Positions 61,541 through 64,000 of a DNA stretch of 64,000 nucleotides are shown here, in pieces. The stretch is from Sphyrna mokarran (Eukaryota). Each line of letters opens with the position of its first letter. The stretch's first letter is position 1. The notes beneath the pieces were generated by a model. That model did not search any database. It worked only from the letters and a program-made list of their open reading frames with translations, and was not told where the DNA came from. The position numbers were made by a program, and so were the translations under genes. The DNA lies in assembly GCA_024679065.1 (NCBI GenBank), contig JAGIQG010000027.1:4588001-4652000 (forward strand), read 5' to 3'.

Positions 61541-63232
61541 TCCGTCTCAATTACACGAATTAATGTCATTGCTTGTCTATTAACATTTGTATTGTTATAC
61601 GAATAATAAAACAACAAAAAAGTTATTTTTTAAATTTACCTACCTCAAATCAATATTTTCCAATATTGCATTGCATTTTGTTACACATCTTATTTAACTT
61701 TTGACACTGCATTTGTTTAAAAGCGCTAAAAATCAAATATGCTGAACATAAAACGGCAATTCTATTAGCTTGCAATTGAATCAGAAATCACGTTTTATAG
61801 CTATACTTGGAGTGGAGCAATTTATTTCGTTTTTTGACCAGATACATTTAAAAACAATTAACTTGCCATCCTTGACTAGTCAGTTAAATGTACCCGCATT
61901 CATCGACTTACCTTTAGTCCTGTCGTTGTAAGCATTGATATTTACTAATTTTATCGTTCCTGTACGTTTGCGGGACTGACATTCGTTATGAAATGTTGCG
62001 TATAAAGTGTGCTTTTAAAAAAAACTTTATCTTCAAATTGCACAGATAAGGGAGAGACTAAATTTTAGAAGGTTCTAATTTGTACCCTGGGGCACTCTTT
62101 AGGTTGCTCGAGTAGCACATTTCTTTTCATTAATGTGCTTTGAAGGAATCTACTTTGAAAATACATGGTTGAACTACCTTGTATCACCTCCCCAATTCGG
62201 GATTAATGTGCTCTTTTAAAAAATTACCATGCAATTTTTCTGATTTAAGTGCCAAAGTTAACAATACTAATTAACATTCTAGAGACACGAATCTTTCATT
62301 CGCGTTCTTTTATACAGTAAGCACAATCTTACTAACGTTCTACGATCTTTTAGCGAGTCCGCGTAAATCCTTCATACAACTCACCTCCTAGAGGTTCGAT
62401 GAATAATTAGTAGAGGCACTCCAGCATTTCTGGGGGCCCAATGTTGTCTTATATTGTGTAAGGAAGGATTAAAGTTCTAATATGCATTATATAAAACGTG
62501 ATGGAGTTTGCGGACATGCAATCGGTATGGTTGCAAGCTCTAACTCCTTTTTTTAGGAAATGTGAGTTAATAAGATGGTGGCATGACTGGGGCACACATC
62601 TAGATAGACGTATGCCGAGAGGCATTCACTTGCTTGTGTAGCGGAGACTAAAATATCTTGAAACCAGAAAAGCAGTTGTGAAAAGCTGCAATATCCTGTA
62701 CTTCCTTTCTTCTGGTTGCGAATTTCAAAGATTTGCCTGGTATCATTAGCCAATTATGTTTCTATAATGCAGTATGCTTTTTAGAAGCGGGCAGTAAGCT
62801 GATTACGGGAATGAAATTTAAATTCGAAGGGAAATCAGAGATAAATCAATTACGAGAAAGTCAATGAGGACTGTCAACTTTTTGTTTTGTGATAGATCGC
62901 AATCTAGGCTTGAATAAGGTATGAGTAGAGATATTGAAAATGTAGTTTTTGTATTATTTCTGTCTGTCAAATCATCAATTGATTTTCATGCATATTATGA
63001 TTCTTAAATTGAGAAATACGCATTCTTTTTAGAAAACAACTTTTTTATTATCATTCCAAATAAGGATGCCTCATTTTTAAAAAATTATCACGCATGCTAC
63101 AATCACATTAATTTAACAGAAAACAAATTAAAAAATAACCTCTTACTCAATTTTAAGACATTTGTTTTTATTTTTCTCTCTCCGTTACGAAAACAATCCA
63201 AAATACAATATTTAGACCTCACTGTGTGATTT

Positions 63233-63272
63233 ACACACACACGCACACACATTTCCACACACGCACGCATAC
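63233..63272. repeat. Degenerate (CA)n tract in the HoxB6 3' UTR
   Basis: acacacacacgcacacac...acacacgcacgcatac. Confidence 0.7.
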
Positions 63273-63621
63273 ATTGATAAAATAAATCAAAAATAGTCGC
63301 TCACATTTCACAAAGAAACATCCACTATCATTAACTAGAGAGCTGAGACGAACGCCAAAGAAATCACAATATTGCAACAGCTCAGTTGAGATGCAGAATC
63401 CATGGAATACTCCTAGTGTTTTTAAACTATTGACACCAATGTAAAATATTGCCTGTTTGGCTAGACCAAAGGAATGCATAACTTTATAATAAATCTCACA
63501 ACAAATACGGAAATGTACAACTCCACTGGTGCGCAACAGCAAACAAAATGTAAACTTTTAATATCCATTATTCATTTTTAATTGAAGAACTGCATAGCGT
63601 TCCCCTTTCTTTTTGTTGTTT

Positions 63622-63999
<378 letters not shown>

Positions 64000-64000
64000 A

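Overview
This window is the anterior (3') half of a vertebrate HoxB cluster, with all genes on the minus strand: HoxB1, HoxB2, HoxB3, HoxB4, miR-10a, HoxB5 and exon 2 of HoxB6. HoxB6 exon 1 lies beyond the window. Paralogue identity rests on hexapeptide and homeodomain signatures, gene order and the miR-10a locus between groups 4 and 5. The proteins are short and lack mammalian homopolymer runs, and the DNA is AT-rich with no transposon I could recognise. This suggests a slowly evolving non-mammalian jawed vertebrate (coelacanth, cartilaginous or holostean type); the species cannot be fixed from sequence alone. The five exon pairs join in phase 1 with GT-AG introns. Many classical HoxB cis-elements are visible by eye: five RAREs, the HoxB1 r4 autoregulatory element, the HoxB2 r4 and r3/r5 enhancers, and the group-4 intron element. 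The most interesting extra signals are: (i) a HoxA1-type uORF in HoxB1; (ii) an out-of-frame overlapping uORF in HoxB3 whose start resembles the HOXD3 N-terminal extension; (iii) a consensus CTCF site at the 5|6 position; (iv) an unannotated pre-miRNA-like hairpin between HoxB1 and HoxB2; (v) miR-10 seed sites in HoxB1 and HoxB3. Comparisons to mammalian sequences are from memory and need checking by alignment.
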